In this document: one piece after another, positions 37,500-47,299 of the stretch
Numbering within the stretch: position 1 is the first letter of the stretch
Layout: each line of letters opens with the position of its first letter
Assembly: GCA_964422165.1 (NCBI GenBank)
Contig: CAYQZX010000029.1
Coordinates: 24,165 to 88,164, forward strand
Source of the DNA: an uncultured Eubacteriales bacterium
Lineage (GTDB): Bacteria; Acidobacteriota; Aminicenantia; Aminicenantales; Saccharicenantaceae
Direction: 5' to 3'
Length of the DNA: 64,000 nt
Translations under genes and position numbers: made by a program
The notes under the pieces: generated by a model
What the model was told of the DNA's origin: nothing
Databases searched by the model: none
The model's input: the letters and a program-made list of their open reading frames with translations, nothing else

Positions 37500-37658
37500 G
37501 ATTACCTCCGATTACCTCCATTCCAAGTTTGAATTCATAAAATAAATACTGCAAAAGGTCGGTCCAGTTCAACCTGGTTATTAAACAGAATCAAAAATTA
37601 CCGGATATTCAAAAGAACAACTGGCTTAAAGTTGCCGCCTGCTGGAGGTCATCCGAGT

Positions 37659-37687
37659 TTGACGAAAGAGATTAATTCTGATATAAA
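37659..37687 (+). promoter_or_regulatory. sigma-70-like promoter (TTGACG-17 nt-TATAAA)
   Basis: TTGACG at 37659-37664, a 17-nt spacer and TATAAA at 37682-37687, about 50 nt upstream of the DMT transporter ATG. Confidence 0.35.
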
Positions 37688-37737
37688 GCCATTTCAAAAC
37701 CTGAAAGTAAGATATCCATCTTAATAAAACAATTACA

Positions 37738-38634
37738 ATGGAAAGTTTTATTCATTCTGGTGAACTTCTGGCTCTGGCCTCTGCCGCAGCCTGGGCAGTG
37801 GGTGTTATTCTTTTCAGAATTAGCGGATTTACTCTTCATCCGCTGGGACAGAACTTAGGTAAAAACCTATTTGCCCTTTTTTTAATCACTCTGACTTTGA
37901 TTCTGACCCGAGCCAGTTTCTGGCCGCCTGTCAGCCCCCGCGCCGTATTCCTTTTGCTTCTGAGTGGTTTTCTGGGAATCGCCGTCTCTGACACCCTTTT
38001 CCTCTGGACTTTACGATTGATTGGGGCCAGTTTAACAGCCATTGTCGACTGTGTTTATTCTCCAATGGTAATCGGCCTTTCCTACCTGTTCCTCGGGGAA
38101 AGAATGACCCTGGTTCAACTTCTGGGGGTCGTTTTAATAGTCTCGGCCGTCATTACTATCTCCAGGGGTAATTCCGACAGAACGAGCGATCAGCTCAGCC
38201 GGAAAAACCTGACTCTCGGAATTATTCTGGGGATAACCTCAATGGCTTTTGTAGCCGTGGGAATCGTCATCATCAAGCCCGTTTTAAAGGACCTCCCGGT
38301 ACTCTGGGCTACCGGATTGAGGCTTCTGGGAGGTACTTTACCTCTGTTATTTATTCCGGCCTTTCGCCGACAGAGACCTAAATTCAAACCTCTGCTCCAG
38401 CTTTCTACCTGGAAAATTCTGGCTCCGGCTTCCTTTCTTGGCACTTATCTTTCTCTGCTTTTCTGGATCGGAGGAATGAAGTATGCTTTCGCCTCTATTG
38501 CCGCCGCTCTCAATCAACTCAGCACCATTTTCATTTTTATCCTGGCCTCCGTATTTCTGAAGGAAAAAGCTACTCTCTGGCGAATCCTGGCCGTAGCCCT
38601 GGCTTTTCTCGGTGCTTTCCTAGCCACCTACTGA
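37738..38634 (+). CDS. DMT-superfamily (EamA-like) transporter
   Basis: 298 aa with about 10 TM segments in two EamA-like halves. Confidence 0.8.
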   Translation: MESFIHSGELLALASAAAWAVGVILFRISGFTLHPLGQNLGKNLFALFLITLTLILTRASFWPPVSPRAVFLLLLSGFLGIAVSDTLFLWTLRLIGASLTAIVDCVYSPMVIGLSYLFLGERMTLVQLLGVVLIVSAVITISRGNSDRTSDQLSRKNLTLGIILGITSMAFVAVGIVIIKPVLKDLPVLWATGLRLLGGTLPLLFIPAFRRQRPKFKPLLQLSTWKILAPASFLGTYLSLLFWIGGMKYAFASIAAALNQLSTIFIFILASVFLKEKATLWRILAVALAFLGAFLATY

Positions 38635-38736
38635 AAATTAACCGCTGGCTGGAACCTACCTTTTTAATTCCAGATACTTTAATTAAGAAATAAACCCTTC
38701 TCCGGGGTAATCGGTCAGGTCAGAAACACCATGTTC

Positions 38737-39624
38737 TTATTGAGCTGGAATCTGGAGTGTAAACCAGAAGTTGAACTTCTTCGGCACCTGGCGGAAAGAG
38801 ATTGAACCTGCCCCCCGGTCAAAGCCACCCTCGCTCGCCTCCATTCCTGAGACTACCATTTCGGTGTCAGTAGCTCTGGCCTGGCTGGCTTCAGCCGCTC
38901 TTCTGGCCATCAGGGCTTTTCTCATTTCATCAGTCATCCCACCCCATTCAATCCCTACACTAACAGGTTTTCCTGGCTCAAGTATTGGCGGAAGTTCCGG
39001 TGAAATCCTCAGTGGAATCCGGCACTCAAAAACCGCTTTATTGAACTGCATCATCGGCCTCCCCCCTTCGGACTGGGGCACCCGAGCAGTATCAATCCTG
39101 AAACGGAAAACTGCCGGCTCATGAGGTTTGTCTTTGACTTTCTCCAGATCCGTTTTTAACTTTTTTCCTACGGGTTCTCCTTCATAAAAAACAAACATTT
39201 TCTTTGCCATGATCTGGGCTTTGCGCTCTTCTGGTAGGGGTTCGCCATAGCTTTCCAGCCGGGCAATAGCCTCTTCGGCTGAAACCGTTTTTCTCTGAAA
39301 ATGGAAACCAACATCTTTATTCTTTTTCCCTGGCTGGCTGAGGTAGACAAAAAAGCCCGTAGCTTCTGCAGTGGTCAGGCCTTGCCGGTTACGGAAAATC
39401 ATTATTAAATAAAGATATTGGTCGTCGTGAGCAACGGCGTAATCGACCGCAGCATTCTTGAAGTTACGAAAAGCTGCTCCTTCCCAGTCATTCTCCTGAG
39501 CATCAATCTGTTTGGGTTCCGGAGAAGGCTGGCTTTTATAAACCTGGTCAGAGGCCTGGGTGGCCACCATCAGGGCTAAAACAACCCAGAAAATAGATAC
39601 AACCCTCAATATCTTTTTCCTCAT
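38737..39624 (-). CDS. secreted hypothetical protein
   Basis: 295 aa with a strong aaggagg SD and signal peptide MRKKILRVVSIFWVVLALMVATQA. I recognise no motif. Confidence 0.55.
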   Translation of the reverse strand: MRKKILRVVSIFWVVLALMVATQASDQVYKSQPSPEPKQIDAQENDWEGAAFRNFKNAAVDYAVAHDDQYLYLIMIFRNRQGLTTAEATGFFVYLSQPGKKNKDVGFHFQRKTVSAEEAIARLESYGEPLPEERKAQIMAKKMFVFYEGEPVGKKLKTDLEKVKDKPHEPAVFRFRIDTARVPQSEGGRPMMQFNKAVFECRIPLRISPELPPILEPGKPVSVGIEWGGMTDEMRKALMARRAAEASQARATDTEMVVSGMEASEGGFDRGAGSISFRQVPKKFNFWFTLQIPAQ

Positions 39625-39926
39625 CTCTTAAGCTCCTCCTTAACGTTGAAACTCAGCCTTACGTTGTTATTATAACCAAAAATAGACAATAAAAAAAATT
39701 TTTTTACTTTTAGCCTGCGGTTTATCCGGAGTCAGGAATAATATTTAAGCCTATCCCCCTACCCGAATGACCAGAAAACCTCTTAAAACAATTGCCTGAA
39801 CCAGAATATTTTTTTATAATTCATCAGAGCACTCAAAGGCCGCCCGGCTAAATGCTTAAACTCAGGCCCGGGCTGTGATATATTTTATTTAAAAATTATC
39901 GAATTTTCTAAAGAAGGAGAACCGTG

Positions 39927-41135
39927 ATGGTGAAGGAAATGAAGAAACCAACCCGCGGGGTAATCGGTATTCTGACCGGCGGTGGCGATGTGCCAGGACT
40001 TAACCCGGCTATCAGAGCAGTAACCATCAGAGCAATAAAAGAAGGTTACCGGGTAATTGGAATACGGCGGGGCTGGGCTGGGCTGATAGAAATGGTTAGG
40101 GATAAAGAAGCCCCTAACCATGAATTTTATACTGAACTGACAGAAGAAGTGGTCAATAAAGTTGGCCGAACCGGCGGCACTTTTCTCCATACTTCTAGAA
40201 CTCGCCCCAGCACCGTCCCGGAAGTCAATGTTCCTGCCCACCTCAGAGATAAATACAAAGAGAAGCTAAACGACCTCACAGATGAAGTCCTGAAAAACCT
40301 GGAATTTCTTGGCATAGATTATCTGATTCCTATCGGCGGTGATGACACCCTGAGCTATGCTGTTCATCTCCACAAGCTGGGGGTCAAGATAATTGCCATA
40401 CCTAAGACCATGGACAACGATGTCCCTGGAACCGACTACTGTATAGGGTTTTCTACCTGCATTACCAGAACCATCAGTCTGACCCATTCCCTGAGAACCA
40501 CAGCCGGTTCTCATGAGCGTTTTCTGGTTATAGAGGTCTTTGGTCGCTATGCTGGTTACACTGCTCTGCTTCCAACTATGGCCGGAGCAGCCGACCGCTG
40601 CGTTATTCCCGAGTACAAATTCAACATCGAACGTCTCTGCGAGTTGATGAGTGAAGACCGCTCTTCCAATCCCAGTCGTTATTCTGTAGTTCTGGTCTCA
40701 GAAGGAGCCACCTTCGAAGGTGAGGACATGGTTTACGAGAGTGAAGAAACCGATATGTACGGCCACAAAAAACTCGGGGGTATAGGCGATCGGGTTTCTT
40801 CTATGTTAAAAGAATTATCCCCCAAATATAACAACGGACGCCGAATCAACGTCATCAACCAGAAACTCGGCTATCTGGTCCGCTGCGGCGATCCCGATGC
40901 CATCGATTCTATTGTGCCCATGGCCTACGGTAACCTGGCTCTGGACCTGGTTCTGGAAAATAAAACCGGACGAATGGTCTGCCTGAGGAACGGCGAATAC
41001 GACCATGTTCCTCTGGACATAGTAGTCAGTTATAAAAAGCATATTGACGTCGACAAATACTACGACCGGGAACGACTGCGTCCGCTTTATAAAAATTTCT
41101 ACAAGAAGCCATTCCTGATTCTGAGCGCAGACTGA
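39927..41135 (+). CDS. pfp: 6-phosphofructokinase, probably pyrophosphate-dependent (PPi-PFK)
   Basis: GILTGGGDVPGLN, IGGDDT (40335-40349) and PKTMDNDV (40401-) are present. The Asp in GGDDT and the Lys in PKT are the residues associated with PPi rather than ATP use. ATG 39927 lies 7 nt after aggaga. Confidence 0.88.
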   Translation: MVKEMKKPTRGVIGILTGGGDVPGLNPAIRAVTIRAIKEGYRVIGIRRGWAGLIEMVRDKEAPNHEFYTELTEEVVNKVGRTGGTFLHTSRTRPSTVPEVNVPAHLRDKYKEKLNDLTDEVLKNLEFLGIDYLIPIGGDDTLSYAVHLHKLGVKIIAIPKTMDNDVPGTDYCIGFSTCITRTISLTHSLRTTAGSHERFLVIEVFGRYAGYTALLPTMAGAADRCVIPEYKFNIERLCELMSEDRSSNPSRYSVVLVSEGATFEGEDMVYESEETDMYGHKKLGGIGDRVSSMLKELSPKYNNGRRINVINQKLGYLVRCGDPDAIDSIVPMAYGNLALDLVLENKTGRMVCLRNGEYDHVPLDIVVSYKKHIDVDKYYDRERLRPLYKNFYKKPFLILSAD

Positions 41136-41229
41136 CCTCAGGGTGCTGTTTACAAAACTTTCTGGAGAAGTTTTCTTCAAATTGTGGTATAAAAAGCCTG
41201 TCAATCGGGTTTTTGAGGAGTAGAAACAA

Positions 41230-41565
41230 ATGAGTGCTAAAAGTGGCGAGGGGCGTTTTTTCTGGGGTCTTTTGCTGATAATCATTGGATTTCTATTTTT
41301 ATTTGAACAGCTGGGATATATTGATTTTGGTCGGGTCCTTTCTACCTACTGGCCAGCAATTTTTATTCTAATCGGAATTTCTATCTACCTGGGAAAAGGT
41401 TTTAAGCGCTCTGGGGCTGCTCTTTTTCTGATTATTCTGGGCACTTTAATGCTGCTGGTTAAACTTCAGATCATAGAAAGATACCTCTGGAGGTATTTCT
41501 GGCCCGGGTTGCTGATTCTGGCTGGTATCTGGTTGATTCTCAAGCCTGTGCTCAAAGAAAAATAA
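41230..41565 (+). CDS. small membrane protein (LiaF/DUF5668-like TM repeats)
   Basis: 111 aa with four hydrophobic segments carrying repeated ..LLIL.GI.L pattern. Confidence 0.5.
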   Translation: MSAKSGEGRFFWGLLLIIIGFLFLFEQLGYIDFGRVLSTYWPAIFILIGISIYLGKGFKRSGAALFLIILGTLMLLVKLQIIERYLWRYFWPGLLILAGIWLILKPVLKEK

Positions 41566-41591
41566 AAAAGATTCTGAAATGGAGAAACTCC

Positions 41592-42386
41592 ATGAAAAAA
41601 GTTTTATTCTGGATCCTAGCGGTTATAATCACCCTTTCTTCAGCTGTCTACCAGCGCCTGACTGGCCCAACTTACCCGCTTTCGGGGAAAGTCAGCTTTC
41701 TTGGAGAGGAGATTAAATACCGTCTGCCCCGCAGTGCCGATAATACCGAAAATTGCCGGGTGGTAATCAGACTGCCAGGAAATCTTGTTGGTCAGGTTCA
41801 GGGTTACCTGGAATTCAGGCGCCATAAAACCGAGCAACCCTGGAACATCCTGGCCATGAAAGTCGAAGGAGAACGGCTGATTGGTTTTCTGCCGAAGCAG
41901 CCAGCCGCCGGTAAGTTGGAATATTATGTGCACCTGGTTAGTGGTTCGCAGGAAGTTTCCCTGTCCGGGGAGAAACCGGTAATCATAAGGTTTAAAGATC
42001 CGGTTTCCTTGCCCATCCTCATAGCCCATGTTATCGCCATGTTTCTGGCTATGCTCTTTTCTGTTCGGGCTGGTCTGGCCGCCCTCAACCCGGCTGAAGA
42101 CCCAACCAGGCTGGCTCAGTGGACAGCCATTCTGTTTTTCATTGGTGGTTTTATTCTGGGAGCCGTAGTTCAAAAAATGGCTTTTGGAGTTTTCTGGAGT
42201 GGTTTTCCCCTTGGCACTGACCTCACCGACACCAAGAGCCTGGTAGCCATGCTGGCCTGGATAGCAGCCCTGGCTTCAGGGAGAAGGAAACCAATAAAAA
42301 GAGGCTGGGTGGTAGCAGCCACCCTCATTACTCTGGCAATTTATCTCATTCCTCATTCTCTGCTTGGTTCCGAACTCAAGTGGTAA
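41592..42386 (+). CDS. membrane protein, hypothetical (N-terminal TM, extracytoplasmic beta-rich domain, C-terminal 4 TM)
   Basis: 264 aa with a ggaga SD. The hydrophobicity pattern was read by eye. Confidence 0.5.
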   Translation: MKKVLFWILAVIITLSSAVYQRLTGPTYPLSGKVSFLGEEIKYRLPRSADNTENCRVVIRLPGNLVGQVQGYLEFRRHKTEQPWNILAMKVEGERLIGFLPKQPAAGKLEYYVHLVSGSQEVSLSGEKPVIIRFKDPVSLPILIAHVIAMFLAMLFSVRAGLAALNPAEDPTRLAQWTAILFFIGGFILGAVVQKMAFGVFWSGFPLGTDLTDTKSLVAMLAWIAALASGRRKPIKRGWVVAATLITLAIYLIPHSLLGSELKW

Positions 42387-42649
42387 GAGCAGAAACGCAA
42401 AGCTAAAAGTCTAACCGGTCAGGCTGATAAAAGCTTCTGATGGCTTAAGGCTATTTCTATTTCTCTTGAACTTTACCCTGAGGAGGGGCTTTTTCATAAA
42501 CTCTAAATAATTGAAATTATCTAAAAATGCAAACTTTATCAAACAGGCTGGCTGGTGAGGTGCCAAGGTTTTTAAGGAAAAGGAAGCGGGGCTAAGGAGG
42601 ATCCCTCTCCAGCCAGCAATTTGATTATATTCCCCGACTTTACCTGATG

Positions 42650-43429
42650 TCAAATAAATTCTTCTTTTAACTTCTTCAAAACATGCTTTAGACCGTCTTC
42701 ATCTCTAACATAGAAATCAGCCTGAACACCGGCATTTAAGGAATTCATAAAAAGAATGAACTGGACTCTCTGGTTTTCCTGACGATTGAAGCTGGAAACC
42801 ATCTGACTATCGCTCAGGGTGTCACCGATGTAGCAGGCAGGGAAACAGGGCCCTGATTTCTTAAAAAGTTGTTGCAGGGCATAGGGCGATGGTTTTCGGC
42901 ATTCTACCGAAGGTAGGTCATCTTCGGTAAAGATATAATCAAAAAATTGATACAGGTAATACTTCCGGAATGTAAAATCCAGGTCTTCCCTTGTCCTTCC
43001 TGTAATCACCGCCATAACCCTGGCCATAGACTTTATTTCAGAGAGAGTGGAAGGCGCAATATTAAGTTTTTCCCGACTCCGCCTCTGACGGTAGAAATCT
43101 TCAAAAATTTCTACCAGTAAATCGTAGGCTGGAAGTTCAATCCCCTGTTTTTCAGCCCAGCGATAGAATTTACGAAAATCAGTCGGGCCCTCTAACAACT
43201 GCCCCACGAAATCCTCAAGCGACCTTCCACTGAGGTAAAAAAGTATACCTGCCAGGGTAGCGTCCCAGTCGTTGTTAAGGTTCAGGATAGACTTTAGCCA
43301 GAGCAGAATCTCGGATTCGACTTTATAGTTCCTTGAGCTCAAGAATCTGGACACAGTATCTACCAGAGCCAGGTGATAGCTCTGGCTGACATCTACCAGA
43401 ACTCCATCAACATCAAAGGCAATCAGCAT
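42650..43429 (-). CDS. HAD-superfamily hydrolase
   Basis: The N-terminal MLIAFDVDGVLVD contains the DxDG motif I, and a late GDTLSD is motif IV-like. Confidence 0.7.
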   Translation of the reverse strand: MLIAFDVDGVLVDVSQSYHLALVDTVSRFLSSRNYKVESEILLWLKSILNLNNDWDATLAGILFYLSGRSLEDFVGQLLEGPTDFRKFYRWAEKQGIELPAYDLLVEIFEDFYRQRRSREKLNIAPSTLSEIKSMARVMAVITGRTREDLDFTFRKYYLYQFFDYIFTEDDLPSVECRKPSPYALQQLFKKSGPCFPACYIGDTLSDSQMVSSFNRQENQRVQFILFMNSLNAGVQADFYVRDEDGLKHVLKKLKEEFI

Positions 43430-43523
43430 TGACCATCCTCTTTTTCGGCAATTAAATTTTTCCCAGGTAAACCAGAGACAAAAAGCTGAAAAGAAATTAT
43501 AACATAGTATAATTAAGGACAGG

Positions 43524-44192
43524 ATGGATTTAAGAAAAGTGCTTTTCCCGTATAACCTGGAGGAAGCCAGAAAAATACAGCTTCATCTTCTGAAAAAATT
43601 AAAACTCTGTCCGCTAAAAAAAATGCCCCGTCTGATAGCGGCCGTGGACGCTGCCTTTACCAAAAATCAGGTCCTGGCTGCAGCCTGTCTTTTTTCTTTT
43701 CCGGAGCTTGAGCTGCTAGAAGAGCAAACCGTTAGTTGCCCCCTTACTTTCCCCTACCGAACCGGGTTTCTGTCATTTCTGGAAGGTCCAGCCATCTACC
43801 AGACCCTGACCAGGTTCCGCCCTGTCCCCGACCTGATTCTGGCTGATGGCCAGGGGATTGCCCACCCTCGCCGAATGGGGCTGGCCACCTTTTTAGGGAT
43901 TATCCTTAACCGGCCTAGCCTGGGCTGTGCAAAATCCCATCTGGTAGGAAATTACCGGGAACCAGCCAGGGATAAGGGCAGCTTTTCAGAAATCTGGCAC
44001 CGAGGCGAGCTGGTAGGTTATGTTCTCCGGAGCCGGACCGGAGTTAAACCCATTTTTATCTCACCCGGTCATCTTATAGACCACAGAGGCTCACTTGAGG
44101 TAGTGGAGCGGTGCCTTCGCGGCTACAGAATCCCCGAGCCGCTCCGAAGGACTCATCAGCTTACCCAGAAACTCAGAACAGAGAATCTATGA
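43524..44192 (+). CDS. nfi: endonuclease V (deoxyinosine 3' endonuclease)
   Basis: 222 aa with AAVDAAF, YRTGFLSFLEGP, DGQGIAHPRRMGLA and ISPGH. Confidence 0.88.
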   Translation: MDLRKVLFPYNLEEARKIQLHLLKKLKLCPLKKMPRLIAAVDAAFTKNQVLAAACLFSFPELELLEEQTVSCPLTFPYRTGFLSFLEGPAIYQTLTRFRPVPDLILADGQGIAHPRRMGLATFLGIILNRPSLGCAKSHLVGNYREPARDKGSFSEIWHRGELVGYVLRSRTGVKPIFISPGHLIDHRGSLEVVERCLRGYRIPEPLRRTHQLTQKLRTENL

Positions 44193-44538
44193 TTTTTAAA
44201 AGCTCCTCTGCCGAGACTGGTTTTTCCAGATAAGCATCAGCTTTCTGAGCCAGGGCCTCTGCCCGAACTGAGGCCGTTTTGTAGACAGCTGTCATCAAGA
44301 TAACCCTGGTCGAAGCCAGGTCCGGGTCTTCTTTTATTCTGGAACACAGCTCCAGACCATCAATTCTGGGCAAAAGCATATCGGAAATGACCAGCTCAGG
44401 TTTTTCTTCTTTTGCCTTTTTCAGGGCTTCTTCTCCATCAAGGGCAGTCAGAACCTGAAAACCTTTCTGAGAAAGAGAGCGCGAAATCATGGTTCTATTA
44501 ACTACATCATCATCGACCACCAATACCCTTATAGCCAT
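44173..44538 (-). CDS. single-domain response regulator (CheY-like receiver)
   Basis: 121 aa with VLVVDDD, phospho-acceptor LVISDML, LMTA and LEKP. Its 3' end overlaps the convergent nfi by 20 nt. Confidence 0.88.
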   Translation of the reverse strand: MAIRVLVVDDDVVNRTMISRSLSQKGFQVLTALDGEEALKKAKEEKPELVISDMLLPRIDGLELCSRIKEDPDLASTRVILMTAVYKTASVRAEALAQKADAYLEKPVSAEELLKIIDSLF

Positions 44539-44712
44539 GATTCCCTACCTTCTTTTTAGATTAAAATTATACTACAAAACTTTTTTCCTCAACACCGGTC
44601 AATTCTCTTTGGCCAAAAAAAATTAAATTTTTTCTTGCTTTTTTTTAAAAAAGTCTTATATTAATAGTATTCCTATAGGTATTATAGGATTATTAAACAA
44701 AAGGAGAAATCA

Positions 44713-46131
44713 ATGATGGATGAAATAAAAGTGAGGGAAAAAGAATTATTTTCCTTCGTTAGAGCAAAACCCAACCTGAGGACGGAAGTTGATGAATATT
44801 CAGCCATTCTGGATTCAACCTCCGATTTGCTTCCGGCCTATCAGGCCACTGAACCATCCGGAGATGAAAGCCGCCTTCCGGTTGACCTGGTTAAAATCTA
44901 CCTTCAAGATATGGGTAACATTATGCTCCTTTCCAGAGAAGGAGAGCTGGAACTGGCTAAAAAAATGGAAAAGGGTGAGAAAGAAATTATCAAGGCCTGT
45001 TTTGAGACTCCCCTGGCTCTTGATGAAATCCAGAAAATCTATGAGCTTCTCCTCAAAAATCCAGAGTCTACCAGCCGTCTGTTTAACCTTCCGGGTAACG
45101 ATTATGACCCCGCCACACTGAAGAAGGTCCGGGCTGCTGCCTTAGAGAAATTGCGAGAGATAAGAACCCTGTCTCGCCGGCTAAAAACCATTCCTCGCGT
45201 TAAAAAGTATCGTTTTAAAAGAGCCAGACTGGCTTTGAGACTACGAGACCTGGTTATGTCCCTGGACCTGCGCTGGGACCAAAAATATGAGCTCATAGAG
45301 CGCCTCAAAAAAAGACTGCTTGAGGTGGCTGCCAGAAGTCCGAAATCCCGTCAGAAGAAATTAACAGAAATCTACAGGCACATCAAAAACGCTCAGGACC
45401 TGAAGAACCAGGCCAAGAATGAGCTGGTGGCTTCCAACCTCAGGCTGGTGGTCTCAGTAGCCAAAAAATTTCAGCACCATGGTCTGAGCCTGCTGGACCT
45501 TATTCAGGAAGGCAATCTTGGTCTTATAAGGGCTGCAGAAAAATTTGATTATCGTAAGGGACATAAATTCTCAACCTATGCCACCTGGTGGATAAAACAA
45601 TCCATAACCAGGGCGATTGCTGACCAGAGCCGAACTGTCAGGATGCCTGTTCATCTGGTAGAAACCATTCAGAGGCTGAAAAAGGCCGCCCAGTCTTTTT
45701 ACCAGAGTGAAGGGCGGGAACCTGATGAAAAAGACCTCAGTCACCGCTTGAACCTGCCACCTGACAAAATCCTGGAAATGCACCTTTTATCTCAGGAGGA
45801 AGTCTCTCTGGAAACCCCGGTCAATGACGCTGGCGATACCCTGCTTGGAGATTTTCTTGAAGATCCCAGAGCCTCCGACCCGTTTAATTCCTGTCTCCGC
45901 TCCATCCTCAGAGAAAAACTGCTTCAATCCATGAGTCTGCTAAATGAAAGAGAAAAAGCCATTTTAACCATGAGGTACGGACTCAATGACGGTCAGGAAT
46001 ACACCCTGGAAGATATAGGCAAGCATTTCAAATTGACCAGGGAAAGAATCAGACAGATTGAGCTAAGGGCCCTGAAGAAAATCAGACAGTCAAACTTTGG
46101 CCAGCTTCTGGAGGCCTTTCAGCTCTCATAA
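44713..46131 (+). CDS. rpoD: RNA polymerase primary sigma factor (sigma-70)
   Basis: 472 aa. Region 2 has NLRLVVSVAKKF..GLSLLDLIQEGNLGLIRAAEKFDYRKGHKFSTYATWWIKQ, and region 4 has YTLEDIGKHFKLTRERIRQIELRALKKI. Confidence 0.93.
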   Translation: MMDEIKVREKELFSFVRAKPNLRTEVDEYSAILDSTSDLLPAYQATEPSGDESRLPVDLVKIYLQDMGNIMLLSREGELELAKKMEKGEKEIIKACFETPLALDEIQKIYELLLKNPESTSRLFNLPGNDYDPATLKKVRAAALEKLREIRTLSRRLKTIPRVKKYRFKRARLALRLRDLVMSLDLRWDQKYELIERLKKRLLEVAARSPKSRQKKLTEIYRHIKNAQDLKNQAKNELVASNLRLVVSVAKKFQHHGLSLLDLIQEGNLGLIRAAEKFDYRKGHKFSTYATWWIKQSITRAIADQSRTVRMPVHLVETIQRLKKAAQSFYQSEGREPDEKDLSHRLNLPPDKILEMHLLSQEEVSLETPVNDAGDTLLGDFLEDPRASDPFNSCLRSILREKLLQSMSLLNEREKAILTMRYGLNDGQEYTLEDIGKHFKLTRERIRQIELRALKKIRQSNFGQLLEAFQLS

Positions 46132-46260
46132 TTCATTATATTTCAATATTTTAGGTTTGCCCCGGGCTATTTTTCTAAATTTAATCGAAAATCTTGTCAA
46201 AGCCGTTATTTTCTGTTAGTCTTTATTACCACATTTACTGGCTTGAGGAATCAGCAGGCG

Positions 46261-47244
46261 ATGAACGGGGTTCAAATTAAAAAGGTTAGCTTCATCGCTC
46301 CATCTACCTGCCTTCCCCGCTGTGAGAAAGGCCTGGTCAGTAAAACCATCCGTCGCCTGAAAAAAATACTGGGTCCAGTGGAAATTGAGCTCAGCCCCCA
46401 TCTTTTCTCCAGTGATGAATTGATTGACCATGTCACCGCCCCTCTGGAAGACCGAGCTGAAAATTTTAAGAAATCAATTCGCAACGCAGACCTGATAATC
46501 TCGGTGGCCGGTGGCACCGGAGCTGAAGATATCCTCTTCAAGATTGATCGAAAAGACTATCAGGTAATAAAAAAACGCAAGCCAATTTTTATTGGTTTTT
46601 CAGACTTCACCTTCCTGCTTAACGATATTCATTACAACTCGCATATCCCAGCTATCTATTTCCCCACTCTCCGGCTCGGCCCGGGCAATTTCAAAAAGAT
46701 GGCTGACCTGCTCTTCGACCAACCAATTTTCTACCACGGAACCCTCTGGCTAACTGACTCTCCACCCCGAAGGGTTTCCGGCATTCCTCTTGGCGGCAAC
46801 CTGTCCACCTTTGTAAATTACCTTAACCGGAAAGACCCACCTACCTACAACTGGAAAAAATATGTGCTTTTTATTGAAGATATCCAGATTGATGTCGAAG
46901 ACCTCCACCGGATGGTGGCTGCCCTCAGACGGCATAAAGTCTTCAATGAAATCAAAGCCCTGGTGGTAGGGTCTCTGGCTTATTACAATAAGAATGGCAA
47001 CTACCGCTATCTTCAGAGAGAACACCTGCGGTTCATTAGAAATTACCTCCAGGACATAATCAAAAAGAGAAAAGAAAGAGGAAATCCTCTACCTATCCTG
47101 GCTGTCTCTAACTTCGGCCACAACATACCGGAAGACCTGATGGCCGTGCCCATAGGTGGTTATGTCAGCATTGACCGATACAAGAATATAACCTTCCGCC
47201 TGCACCATCCCCGGCGAAATAATGGCCGAAAATCAGGAGCTTAA
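46261..47244 (+). CDS. LD-carboxypeptidase (S66 family, LdcA/MccF-like)
   Basis: The nucleophile motif is GFSDFTFLL, and a C-terminal FGHN is present. ATG 46261 is preferred over TTG 46243. Confidence 0.78.
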   Translation: MNGVQIKKVSFIAPSTCLPRCEKGLVSKTIRRLKKILGPVEIELSPHLFSSDELIDHVTAPLEDRAENFKKSIRNADLIISVAGGTGAEDILFKIDRKDYQVIKKRKPIFIGFSDFTFLLNDIHYNSHIPAIYFPTLRLGPGNFKKMADLLFDQPIFYHGTLWLTDSPPRRVSGIPLGGNLSTFVNYLNRKDPPTYNWKKYVLFIEDIQIDVEDLHRMVAALRRHKVFNEIKALVVGSLAYYNKNGNYRYLQREHLRFIRNYLQDIIKKRKERGNPLPILAVSNFGHNIPEDLMAVPIGGYVSIDRYKNITFRLHHPRRNNGRKSGA

Positions 47245-47299
47245 TCTGTTTCAGGATTGAGGACCTGGGGTCATAAGCTGGAAAGTTCTATCTAATTCC

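Noticed and set aside
41640-42173. 177-aa antisense ORF inside the 41592-42386 membrane-protein gene; similar antisense ORFs at 53124-53753, 56001-56705, 56793-57311 and 52235-52684
   Set aside because: All lie opposite ORFs with strong family motifs or coherent TM patterns. They have low-complexity or Arg/Ser/Gly-rich compositions typical of shadow frames and lack SDs.
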